Source: an uncultured Nitrospiraceae bacterium (GTDB lineage: Bacteria > Nitrospirota > Thermodesulfovibrionia > Thermodesulfovibrionales > UBA6898). From it: a stretch of 64,000 nt of DNA. The position numbers and the translations under genes were made by a program. Where the stretch lies: NCBI GenBank assembly GCA_963811165.1, contig CAWEQH010000008.1, forward strand, positions 1-64,000, in the 5' to 3' direction. Position 1 is the first letter of the stretch, and the number at the start of each line of letters is the position of its first letter. The notes below the pieces were generated by a model, which ran no database searches, had not been told where the DNA came from, and worked only from the letters and a program-made list of their open reading frames with translations. Of this stretch, positions 1-11,845 are shown piece by piece.

Positions 1-1366
1 AAACCAGGCAAAATGCTGGCTTGGACAACCAAACTAATTTGTATTTGATAATCTTGAAGCATTTCTGCCAGATAGCTTCCTTCGTTTCGGGACTATCTTC
101 ATCACTTGTGCCAACGTTCGATGACCTTCCGCAGACTCGCCCATCTCGCGTCATGTGCGTTGATCCTATAAGTCGCCGAAGCAGAAATCTTTGCATGTTT
201 TTCTTAGCATTCTCACGAAGTTTATCAACCTTAGCTCCCGGATAAATATTGGCAAAAGCCAATAGCACTTCCGGATAGTTACGTCCTGTAACATGCTGCC
301 GACTTCCCTCCACAGATTCACTGATATCAAAGGGCTCCGTTGCAATTACATGCATCTCATCCAGTGCTAATTTATTAGCCTTATTCATTCTTCTGTGAAG
401 CTCCCCGATTCTCTCCTCCACTCTATATGCGGGACGTTCCTTTTTCGGTATTTTTCTGTAAGTCTGGATCGCCTTTTCCAAAAAATGTCCAGCAACCATG
501 TTACTTGGGTTTTCGCCAGTGGTCCGTTGCTCGGCCTCTGCGCCCCATGCCTCGGCAATTTCTACAGTCAGGCGATGCACATCTGATTCACTATTAATCC
601 GTTTGAGCCACAAAATAGCCCCTTCGTAGTATTCCCTCGCACAGTCCCAGGCCTTTGCGGCTATTGCTTCTCTCGCAAATTCCTCCAATCTAATAGCAAC
701 CTTCAGTGAACTGTCTTCATCCAAATCTGTTTTCTCAAGTAACTCAGACAACCAGAGAGCATGGAATTTGCCACCTAATTCAGTTGCTTGAAATTTAGAA
801 AATATTGCATCACGAATATTCCGAAGGCGCTCAGTGGCACCTTTATTTAATCGCCGAGCCAGTCTAATTGCTCGTTCCCACGCCTCTCGTCCATTTCTTA
901 ATAAACTGAGATCATCAAGAGGAAACTCCATATAAGCGTCGATTGCCGCCAATGCGTATTCGACTTTTCGCGGTTTCTTAATGAGCCAAATAACATCGGC
1001 TATTCGGGCTCTTAAGTGGAATTCATCAATTTCAGGCAGGATATTTTCGAAGAAAGTAAGGTCTGCTTCGTTAAAATCTTCGGGCAATGAAGACCGTCCT
1101 TCTTGCAATACGATTATAGGTTGAAAGGGCTCATTAACACTTTCGGGCTTTAACGTCATTGAGCAAGCATCAGCAAGCAACCAAAGCACTTTCCCCTTGG
1201 CGATGTCACCAGCTTCTATAGCGCTAGCTGCATCCTTGGAAAGTGCTTGCCAATAACTGGAATAACCCCGCTCATCCGCTTTCTCAATGGCGGAGCGCCA
1301 GCCAGATGACCGAAAGTCATTAAGTGTGACGATCAAATCTACAGGAAATCGTTCGGCGGTGCTCAA
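1..1366 (-). CDS. DUF4209-like (HEPN-related) protein, runs off the window
   Basis: Hand translation from TTG at 1366 (GAGGG upstream): MSTAERFPVDL...GKVLWLLADACSMTLKPESVNEPF...ARIADVIWL...WERAIRL, open to the window edge. Probable indel near base 66 (VVQASILPG is in another frame). Not in the ORF track. Confidence 0.7.
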   Translation of the reverse strand, partial: MSTAERFPVDLIVTLNDFRSSGWRSAIEKADERGYSSYWQALSKDAASAIEAGDIAKGKVLWLLADACSMTLKPESVNEPFQPIIVLQEGRSSLPEDFNEADLTFFENILPEIDEFHLRARIADVIWLIKKPRKVEYALAAIDAYMEFPLDDLSLLRNGREAWERAIRLARRLNKGATERLRNIRDAIFSKFQATELGGKFHALWLSELLEKTDLDEDSSLKVAIRLEEFAREAIAAKAWDCAREYYEGAILWLKRINSESDVHRLTVEIAEAWGAEAEQRTTGENPSNMVAGHFLEKAIQTYRKIPKKERPAYRVEERIGELHRRMNKANKLALDEMHVIATEPFDISESVEGSRQHVTGRNYPEVLLAFANIYPGAKVDKLRENAKKNMQRFLLRRLIGSTHMTRDGRVCGRSSNVGTSDEDSPETKEAIWQKCFKIIKYKLVWLSKPAFCLV

Positions 1367-1700
1367 TTCTTTACCCTCATTTCCCACCCTCTGGGGTCAG
1401 CTCTGCTTCCGCGCACATCTACATTAAGGGCTGTTTTGCCCTTCCCGCATTTCGTATATTTGTACCAGTAATCCGCGCGATTAATCAATAAAAAAATGTG
1501 TGGACTGTCATTTTATCTCGGCGCGCCTACTCACAGAAATCGACATGCTTAGGTATGCTGAGAACTCTGAAAGTTACAATCTCAATTAAGGATCCACTGC
1601 GTACCCCAAGCCGATTGCCGAGTATGCCTCGAGAAAGTCGCCCGTCGCTTTGCGGATAGAGACAGTCTCAGTTTCTTCCCTACAATCCCCTTAAGACAAA

Positions 1701-1720
1701 TTACCCAAAAAGGTGAGTAA
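1701..1720. promoter_or_regulatory. Palindromic operator 1, TTACCCA-N6-TGAGTAA
   Basis: Inverted repeat just upstream of the -35 box; second copy at 1756-1775. Confidence 0.7.
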
Positions 1721-1727
1721 TTTTTCA

Positions 1728-1756
1728 TTGACAGCGGTCCTGCGTTAAGCTATAAT
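1728..1756 (+). promoter_or_regulatory. Sigma70 promoter TTGACA-N17-TATAAT
   Basis: Perfect consensus hexamers with a 17-nt spacer upstream of the HTH gene. Confidence 0.85.
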
Positions 1757-1775
1757 TACTCAACAGTTTGGGTAA
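1756..1775. promoter_or_regulatory. Palindromic operator 2, TTACTCA-N6-TGGGTAA
   Basis: Same half-sites and spacing as operator 1; overlaps the -10 box and predicted start site. Confidence 0.7.
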
Positions 1776-1811
1776 CTTTGTTAAACTTTGAAAGGAGAAA
1801 GGAGGAAAAGC

Positions 1812-2147
1812 ATGACGTTCGGGCAAGTCTTCAAAAATGCACGGAAGAATGCAGGGAAGACTTTGCGGGAGGCAGCCGAACTCGTGGGGATGACGATTGG
1901 AAATATTTCGGACATTGAACACAGTCGCCGGAGGCCCCCCAAAAAGGAGATCTTACAGGAATTTGAAGAATTTTACGGGGTGAAAAAGAACACTCTCGTT
2001 AAGGCAGCGGAAAAGGAACTGAAAATGCCGGGCGAAGCAGTATCTATTTATTCCAAGAGACCGGAGCTCACGATGTCATTGCTTCGGTTTGCTGAAAGTC
2101 GTTCGGAAGAAGAATTAAGACGGATATTGAAAAAACATGGAGGGTAA
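1812..2147 (+). CDS. XRE-family helix-turn-helix repressor (CapH/ImmR-like)
   Basis: FGQVFKNARKNAGKTLREAAELVGMTIGNISDIEHSRRRPP; AGGAGG RBS before ATG 1812. Confidence 0.85.
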   Translation: MTFGQVFKNARKNAGKTLREAAELVGMTIGNISDIEHSRRRPPKKEILQEFEEFYGVKKNTLVKAAEKELKMPGEAVSIYSKRPELTMSLLRFAESRSEEELRRILKKHGG

Positions 2148-2154
2148 AGTATAA

Positions 2155-2730
2155 GTGGTTAAATTCCCCGGCAAGAGCAGGAAGGAAATAGAAATGTTCG
2201 CTTCTGATATCGTCAGAGCATTCCAGCCTGCAGTACTTGAGGGAGAGGAGCCTTTTAACATTGATCGCTTTATCGAAGTCGTGGAGACGGAGATGGAGAT
2301 AGACTTCGATTTCACAAGCGATCTGCCGTCAGGGGTGCACGGTTGCACTTCAATAATAGACAACAAGGTATTGATTCTTTCTGAACTCTCCGATGATCCC
2401 GGCAACATAAGGTATCTGCGGTCAACAGTAGCCCATGAAACAGGGCATGTGTTATATCATCTGCCGATACTTAGGCGGTTGTGCACCGATAAGACCTTCA
2501 CGCAGAAGAAAGCCGAAAGCAAGAACTTTAGCCTTTATTCGCAGAAGCCGGTGAAGGCATACGAGGATCCGGAGTGGCAGGCATGGGAATTCGCAGGATC
2601 CCTTCTCATGCCCAAGATTGCCTTGGTCACGTTGAAGGAGAGGGGAGCGTCTGTCTATGAGATGGCTGACACTTTCATGGTAAACCAGGTTTTTGTAAAG
2701 AAGAGACTAAGGAATTTGAATATGACGTGA
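2155..2730 (+). CDS. ImmA/IrrE-family Zn metallopeptidase (CapP-like)
   Basis: RSTVAHETGH (HExxH) and EWQAWEFAGSLLMP motifs; follows the HTH gene. Confidence 0.9.
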   Translation: MVKFPGKSRKEIEMFASDIVRAFQPAVLEGEEPFNIDRFIEVVETEMEIDFDFTSDLPSGVHGCTSIIDNKVLILSELSDDPGNIRYLRSTVAHETGHVLYHLPILRRLCTDKTFTQKKAESKNFSLYSQKPVKAYEDPEWQAWEFAGSLLMPKIALVTLKERGASVYEMADTFMVNQVFVKKRLRNLNMT

Positions 2731-2743
2731 GTATATAAAAAAA

Positions 2744-2817
2744 ATTAAGCAAACTGCGCTAACAGTTTGCTTAATCTCCCATCATGGAAAGGATGGGAAT
2801 TGACCTTAAGGAAGGTC
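2744..2817 (+). other. Three tandem hairpins (terminator/attenuator or structured RNA)
   Basis: ATTAAGCAAACTG-cgctaa-CAGTTTGCTTAAT (13 bp perfect), TCCCATC-N8-GATGGGA and GACCTT-aagg-AAGGTC. Confidence 0.55.
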
Positions 2818-2896
2818 CGTTAGTTGATCATATTATCATACCACCCTTCCTCGATGTCAATAACAAAATCCAGATTCCGGAATGAGGTGAATGCCG

Positions 2897-3010
2897 GTGC
2901 TGAGAAAGCCAGGCAAAAGACTCATTTTCAGGGCATGGCGTCGTGCGTCCGATGGCAAGATTCTGTACGCCAAGGACTACGGGTTAAAGGCCTGGGCCCT
3001 GTGGGTCTGA
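2897..3010 (+). CDS. Small basic/aromatic protein, 37 aa (unannotated)
   Basis: GAGGTG RBS 7 nt before GTG; MLRKPGKRLIFRAWRRASDGKILYAKDYGLKAWALWV*. Confidence 0.6.
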   Translation: MLRKPGKRLIFRAWRRASDGKILYAKDYGLKAWALWV

Positions 3011-3111
3011 ACTGAAGATCTGGGGGGAAGAAATTCTCCCCTCATCCTCCGCTTCAGTGCTTGCCTGGTAGGGATAGGAGGAACAAACTACTACAAACAT
3101 AGGAGAATATT

Positions 3112-3342
3112 ATGAGTAAGAAAACGGTTCACGTGACTCCTCACGGAGATGACTGGCAGGTAAAGAAAAGCGGTAACGACAGGGCATCAACTGTTACATC
3201 AACGCAAAGAGAAGCCATTCAGGTTGGAAGGGACATGGCCAGGGAGATTGAAACGGAGTTTTTTATCCATGGGCGCAACGGACAGATCCGGGAAAGGGAC
3301 AGCTACGGGAACGATCCCTGTCCGCCTAAAGACAAACACTAA
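3112..3342 (+). CDS. DUF2188 family protein
   Basis: HVTPHGDDWQVKKSG...TQREAI..GR..A...IHGRNGQIRERDSYGNDPCPPKD; AGGAG RBS. Confidence 0.85.
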   Translation: MSKKTVHVTPHGDDWQVKKSGNDRASTVTSTQREAIQVGRDMAREIETEFFIHGRNGQIRERDSYGNDPCPPKDKH

Positions 3343-3416
3343 AAACCCGGGGCGTGTGGAGAGCACGCCCAACTTCTCATCGTGAAAAAGATTCCGATGT
3401 GGAAAGGAGCAATAGC

Positions 3417-3668
3417 ATGACGCACGAGAAAAAGACGGTTACAATCATCGTAGAGGGTACGCCACACGAGTGGCCAAAGGATGAAATCAGTTATGCGGAA
3501 GTGGTTACCCTCGAAGTGCCAAACTACGCAGAGCATCCTGAAATCACGTATTCCGTGAAGTATAAAAACGGCCACGGCCAAAAGCCTGAAGGAATCCTCT
3601 CCCCAGGGGATTCAGTAAAAGTAAAGGAGGGGATGATTTTCAGTGTTTCAGAAACTGGTCAGTCATAA
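3417..3668 (+). CDS. Ubiquitin-like (multiubiquitin-domain family) protein
   Basis: VTIIVEGTPHEW..DEISYAEVV...YSVKY...EGILSPGDSVKVKEGMIFSVSETGQS; AAGGAG RBS; directly upstream of E2-E1. Confidence 0.8.
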   Translation: MTHEKKTVTIIVEGTPHEWPKDEISYAEVVTLEVPNYAEHPEITYSVKYKNGHGQKPEGILSPGDSVKVKEGMIFSVSETGQS

Positions 3669-4839
3669 CGAAGACATAAGGCGTTTGGTCGATAAAGGTT
3701 ATGCTGTTGCCTTCGACAGCAATTGCATGGTGGTACGTGACATTCCTTATTTGAACGGTCAAAAGGAATTGCAAATCGGCGCAATAGTCACGAAACTCGT
3801 GTTTGTGGACCATGAGCGCGTCACGCAGGACGACCACCAGATTTTCTTTGCTGGGGGTGTCCCTCATAATCTCGACGGAACGCCTATCCCCAATCTCGGT
3901 GGCGGGCCCGCTCAGCTTTTGCTGGGCGAGGCCTGCAAAGACGTCATCGTGCAATGTTCATTTTCGAACAAGCCGAAACCCGATGGGAATTTTGTTGCTT
4001 TCAATGATTTTTTTGACAAAATTGAAAGCTACGTCGGCATAATCTCCGGGCCAGCAATAGCATTGCATAACGCAAACCCTTACACATTCCGTGCAGTAAA
4101 GGAGGTGATATCCGACTCAGTGTTTAAATTTAACGACACTCTGACGAGCCGCGCAGAAATCACTGACCTGGCTGCGAAGTTTAAGAACGATGTGATTGCG
4201 GTAATAGGCCTCGGCGGCACAGGCGCATACGCTCTTGACTTCCTTGTGAAGACGCCGGCGAAAGAGATTCGGACTTTTGACCACGATGATTACCATGTGC
4301 ACACGGCCTTTCGTTCACCAGGAAGACTTGAACCCGCTGAACTTGGCAAAAAGAAAGCAGAGGTCTATTTTTCACGTTACGAGAATTTCAGGGCGGGATT
4401 GTCATTCTCACCGAAATTTCTTGATAACTCGTGCAGTGAGGACCTCGACGGAGTGACCTTCGCTTTCGTGTGTGTGGACAAAGGCACGTCTCGGGCCGGT
4501 ATTTTTGATCTCCTCATTTCCAAGGGTATCCCATTCATTGATGTGGGGATGGGCCTCAACCGTAAAAGAGGGTCGATCAATGGCCAGTTGCGTATAACCT
4601 ATTACTCTCAAGAGCACGGCGAGAATATACGCGGTAAAGGGCTGGCACCGCTTACTGACAATCCTGATGATGTATACAAGACAAACATTCAAATCAGTGA
4701 GCTTAACGCTCTCAACGCATGTTTGGCTGTCATTAGGTTTAAACAGCTACGCGGCTTCTATTTCGAAGAAATCCCCAGTTACCATCTTCTTTTCGAGATA
4801 GGCGATCTTAAGATAGTCGGTGAGGCTGATCGGCAATGA
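3643..4839 (+). CDS. E2-like (DUF6791) plus ThiF/E1-like adenylyltransferase fusion
   Basis: N-terminal LVSHNEDIRRLVDKGY...SFSNKP...DKIESY; C-terminal VIGLGGTGAY, RSPG, KKAE, FVCVDK, IPFIDVGMG. Confidence 0.85.
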   Translation: MFQKLVSHNEDIRRLVDKGYAVAFDSNCMVVRDIPYLNGQKELQIGAIVTKLVFVDHERVTQDDHQIFFAGGVPHNLDGTPIPNLGGGPAQLLLGEACKDVIVQCSFSNKPKPDGNFVAFNDFFDKIESYVGIISGPAIALHNANPYTFRAVKEVISDSVFKFNDTLTSRAEITDLAAKFKNDVIAVIGLGGTGAYALDFLVKTPAKEIRTFDHDDYHVHTAFRSPGRLEPAELGKKKAEVYFSRYENFRAGLSFSPKFLDNSCSEDLDGVTFAFVCVDKGTSRAGIFDLLISKGIPFIDVGMGLNRKRGSINGQLRITYYSQEHGENIRGKGLAPLTDNPDDVYKTNIQISELNALNACLAVIRFKQLRGFYFEEIPSYHLLFEIGDLKIVGEADRQ

Positions 4840-5233
4840 AGATTGAGACTCAGAACGCGTTCATTTCATGCCGAAGGACCTGAAGCCTGGGGTGCTTTAT
4901 GTTTCAGAGGAATTTGGGGCTGCAGCACACCTATGTCCATGCGGCTGCGGTACCAAAATCAGGACACCCTTGGGACCAACTGATTGGTCTATTGAGGTAG
5001 CAGCCAGGGGACCTACTCTTCACCCTTCCGTGGGAAATTGGCAGCAGCCTTGTCAATCGCACTACGTGATATATAAAGGCGAAATTATATGGTGCAAGAA
5101 GTGGTCACGCGAACAAATTGCTGCGGGCCGACGCCTCGAAGAAGGGCATCGACGTGTGTACTATGCTGGACTTGATCGTCATCATCGCGGCGCTTTACGA
5201 AGGCTCTGGCATTGGATAAAGGAGCTCATTTAA
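4836..5233 (+). CDS. DUF6527 family protein (putative Ubl-processing peptidase)
   Basis: PGVLYVSEEFGAAAHLCPCGCG, PTLHPSVGNWQQPCQSHY. The ATG at 4836 overlaps the E1 stop and is 2 nt out of frame with the ORF from 4868 (probable indels; restores MKIRLERVHF). Confidence 0.8.
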
Positions 5234-5354
5234 GAGATAGTCACAAACGAAAGGTGCCCAAGAAAGACAGTTTCTGTTGAATTTGTGGCAGCGATCTGTG
5301 TACAAAAAAAAAATTATTAATGAGTGATGAAATAACAAAAAAGGAGGCTTTACA

Positions 5355-5660
5355 ATGGCACGTCGTCGTCAGTCGGGGACAGGGGATCTCTTTGATCAGC
5401 TGTTTGATGCACTCTTTGAGTTAACTGGGTTGTTCTGGCAAGTCGGTGCTTTCGTAACTGCACTCCTCGTAATTATTGCCCTCCTAGCTCTGCGGTGGGT
5501 GATTGCCCAAAATGCGGAACTTGCGGCTTCTCCATTGCTTGGTCGCCTGCCAGAATCGTATGGCTGGTTACTTTATCTGCTGCCGTTTACGCTTCTTGCG
5601 GTCGCATGGCTCTTCGGGAAAAAGACATATCACGTATATCGTGAGCAAAAACATTTTTAG
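5355..5660 (+). CDS. Two-TM membrane protein of unknown function
   Basis: AAGGAGG RBS; two hydrophobic segments. Confidence 0.65.
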   Translation: MARRRQSGTGDLFDQLFDALFELTGLFWQVGAFVTALLVIIALLALRWVIAQNAELAASPLLGRLPESYGWLLYLLPFTLLAVAWLFGKKTYHVYREQKHF

Positions 5661-5962
5661 CTACCACTTGAGAAACGAAAGAGTAATAACAGCCTGCGCG
5701 TGACAGGGGACAAAGTGCGTATCCATCTTCGGCACAGTATCACAGGTTAGTAGCGGAAATCGACGACCCTGAGAATCTGTCTCTTCTGCGGGTTATCAGT
5801 CAAAGCCGCGCTGGCACATCCTCAGAGAAACCGAGACCGGCTGCTTGACTGATCATGGTGCTGTTTATTTTTGGAAATGCTCAGGGGCCGTTTACCGAGT
5901 CCGCCGACAAACAGAGAGGCCTTTTTGAGCGAAACTATTGCGGATCACGAGGTGCATCTGAT

Positions 5963-6021
5963 GCGTAAAGCTCCGGTTCAGGGGTAGTCGCAGCGGACCC
6001 GTCCGCTGCAACCAGTTAGCC
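5963..6021 (-). repeat. Degenerate integron attC-like site
   Basis: Minus strand GGCTAAC-tggTTGCAGcggac...CTGAAccggagc-TTTACGC, just after the helicase stop and at the GC-content boundary. Confidence 0.45.
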
Positions 6022-6043
6022 CGCAGGCGCGCATGGCTGCACG

Positions 6044-8523
<2,480 letters not shown>

Positions 8524-8527
<4 letters not shown>

Positions 8528-10202
8528 GTAGATGCGCGGCCGGGCCTCCGGCTTGGGCGCAAGGATTTCCTCGATGGTCTTACTCATCGTCGCATCGCTC
8601 GCGGTCCATCGGGTCGGATCATGCTGTCTCGATGAACGCGATCTCGTCCTTCGTGAGGCCGTATTTCTCGTAGAGCGTCGTCGTCCGTCCACGTCTCGGT
8701 TCCAGTCTGCAGTCGGCACGAAGGCGTAGACGTCGCGCGTGGCGTGCTTGAGTGATCTTGCGCAGCGAGACGAGGAAGCGAACAAACCGCGTGCGCAGGT
8801 ACGACTGCAAGACTCTCAGCCTCGCTTCTCGGAGTCGAAACGGCCGAGCAACGAGATAGGTCTCGAGTGCAGACGGTGCCGGGCTCGGCGATGAACGGCT
8901 TGCCGAGAACTTGGTGTCGGCATCGTCGTCGCCGCGTGCCCTGGACGGCCTGCGGCACAAGCACCTTCCACTTGTCGATGCAGATCTGCGTTCTTGGCGA
9001 TTGCCTCGCGCTCGATGTAGCCGACGTCGCGCTTCCGCTTCGGATGCAGTAGAGCGCAATCTTGCCGCTCGCTCGCTTCTCGGTCGACGCCCTCGAAGTT
9101 CGTGCGCAAGCCGAACGGCTTGTCACGGCTGAGACACGCTGTTCGAGCGACGGCTCGCTTCTTGCGCTCAGAACCTTCTCGCAGGATCGACACCGCCTCG
9201 TTGTCGCGAACGAACACGTCGTACTCGTCGAGGTAGCGCGCGACTGGCTGGCCGATGACTTCGCCATCCTCGAATCGTCGTGACCTCGCACGGCCCGTTG
9301 ATGTCCGCGATCCCAGAGGAAGTAGCAGACGCCGCCCTTGAATCTCACCCCGGGAAACACCTCGTCGAGCTTTGGGTAGTCGACGAGTTGCGCGCATGCG
9401 CTTGTCGGTGAGCATCGACTCGCGGAACTCGTCCAGCCCCTTGCCACCGGCCAACCAGCGCGACGGGAATGACCATCGACAGGTAGCGCGGCTCGAGCTC
9501 CTTCGCTTGCTCCACGAACAGCTGGTAGATCGGCGCTGCGCTCGTGCCGCAGCCGCCGCTCGTCCAACTGGTACGGCGGGTTGCCGATGATCACGTCGAA
9601 CTGCATATCGCCTCCAAACAACTCGGCAACCCGAGTCTTGATGTCGTCGGTGTGAATGAACGCATAGGCGTGGGTTTCAAGCCCTTCGCCGCGGTCGAAG
9701 CGTCTTCTGGCTTGCCCCGCAGTACGTGCACTTGCCGTCCACCCACGTGTGCTCCATGCGCTCGAACCAGATGTTGCCATCGTCGCTGGCGAAGCCCTTG
9801 GCGATGGAGTGCTTGCCCTTGGCGTGCTTCGAGCAATACACGCTGCGCCGCGCCAGCAGGCTGGTGAGATACGTGATGCCGATGCCGAACACCTGCTTCG
9901 TCAGGATGTGATCGACGCGCTCCTCAAGGTTCGGAATCTCGTCCGCCAGCCCCTTGGTGAGGCGGCTGGTGATCTCGCGCAGGAACACGCCCGACTTCGT
10001 GCACGGGTCGAGGAACTTCACCGTCTTGTCCGCCCAGATGTTCGCGCCGCCGTTGTCGGCCGCCCACGCCTCGGCCAGCGTGTCCAGCATCCGGTTCGCG
10101 AACTCCGGCGGCGTGAACACCTCGTCGTTGGAGAGGTTCGCGATGCACGTCAGCACATCCGGGTTGCGGCCGCGCAGCGCAAAGCTGGCCTGCGTCGCTC
10201 AT
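8524..10202 (-). CDS. Eco57I-like N6-adenine methyltransferase with C-terminal target-recognition region, frameshifted
   Basis: LSNDEVFTPP, FLDPCTKSGVF, FDVIIGNPPY, YLRTRFVRFLV; ATGA overlaps with neighbours. Confidence 0.8.
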
Positions 10203-10854
10203 GCGGCCTCCTTCGGTGCTGCCGAGCGCGGCGGCGGCCAGCTCGCTCACCGTCATCGGCGGGTAGGTCTTGGTCGGCGTGAAGATCTCGTGCTTGCCGA
10301 GGTGGGCGAAGAGCGAACCCTCCGCGCTGAAGGCCGACGAGTGGGTGAGAGCGTCGAAGCGGAAGTCGCGCCGCTGGAACTTGCCCTTGCCCAGGTAGCC
10401 CCACTCGGCAAAGGTGATCGGCTGGCCGTCATGGGTGCGCATCGTCAGCGCGTCGCCGTGCACGAGGTTCTGCGACAGCACGTAGGACGCGGCGCGATAG
10501 AGGTCGTCCGACTCGATCGAGGTTCAGATACTCGGCGAAGATCTCCAGCATGTTCGCGCGGCACTCGGCGATGTTGTCCGCCAGCAGCTCGATGCCGTAG
10601 ATGCACATCAGCGCGAGCAGCGCGTAGTGCCGCTTCTCGAAATCGGACTTGCCGTACTTGAGTTCGACGGCGGCGAGCTTGCGCTGCAGGATCTGGACGA
10701 GGAAGTTGCCGCTCCCGCACGCCGGCTCCAGGAAGCGGGAGTCAATGCGCTCGGTCTCGTCCTTGACGAGGTCGAGCATCGCCTCGACCATCCACGCCGG
10801 GGTGAAGACCTCCCCGTGGTCGGCGACGCGTTGCTTTGACTTGACGTAGTTCAT
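10199..10854 (-). CDS. Short methyltransferase-like subunit (SAM-binding motif, no NPPY seen)
   Basis: VKSKQRVADHGEVFTP, FLEPACGSGNF, IYGIEL, NLVHGDAL; indel near 10515. Confidence 0.75.
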
Positions 10855-11845
10855 GGGCCGGTGCATTTCTGGCTTTGCTTCATTATATTTATTGCGGCTA
10901 ACATTCCATCTTGTGCAGACTCTGCTTTTTGTAGATCCGTCTGTCGCCAGAGGCTTCATATATCGTAACCCTTCGGTAAAAATCGCACGGGTTTGCCCCT
11001 TTTATTCGGCATAATGTCGTACAAGTATGTATTATACAAATTCTTTGAAATTATGGCCGTTCTATTATTGCGAGCGAGACTGCCGCGACAATTATATCCT
11101 GTTTTGCCGAGCATATATGAAGATATGTCCCTCCTGAAACCATTTTCCCCTTCGAGATGCTGCTATTTTATACTCCCTTCATGACGCCGCAGTCAAGTAG
11201 AACGTATTGATTCTCGACTGTATTCCTCAGGCCGGTTGATAAGGAATTGAAAAACATATTTCTCAGTTATTTTGGGTAATTGAGAAAAATTACCATCTCA
11301 GCCTATTGCGCAGTATCAGGTGTTCATCGCAAAATTGCTTCCTCACAGAACACCGCAAAAGATTCGATTCGCGATAACTGAGGAGTAGGCCCCATAACTT
11401 TACGGTTCGCCTACGCTCTGATATCTCGCTAACGGTGAGAGAAGTATAAGGTCCTTATTTTCTCCAGCGTGAATTTCTGGAAGAATCCTTCATCGATAAC
11501 TGACTAAAAAGAAACATGGGGACATTTTCAACGATCGGTGCGGTTAACACCGACTCCTCAGAGGAGATATGCGATAGCGGTCATGGGTTTTATCGGCCTG
11601 TGGATATTCTACGGCATCGCGCGCCTCGCGCTATGGTTCCAGGGGAAGGATTCGGAGGGGCGGCCGAAGGCAAGGAAGAAATGAGCGGCGCGGCAGGTCC
11701 CGCATTTGTGCAACGGGCCGTTGCACTATTATAGGTCGCGGGGACGGGGGGAGAGCGCGGAACATTTCCCCGAGCGGAAACTCGGCCGTCCGGCTAAAAG
11801 CTCGTGCTTGAAGTCCAAGGAGCTATAGGGATAATATATTTCGGC

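Noticed and set aside
3417..5233. Type II CBASS (Cap2/Cap3) or a ThiS/MoaD sulfur-carrier pathway
   Set aside because: No CD-NTase or JAB gene; the Ubl lacks a terminal GG and there are no thiamine or molybdopterin genes nearby.
11259..11287. Third copy of the HTH operator
   Set aside because: Spacer is 7 rather than 6 and one half-site mismatches; it is only an imperfect AT-rich inverted repeat.
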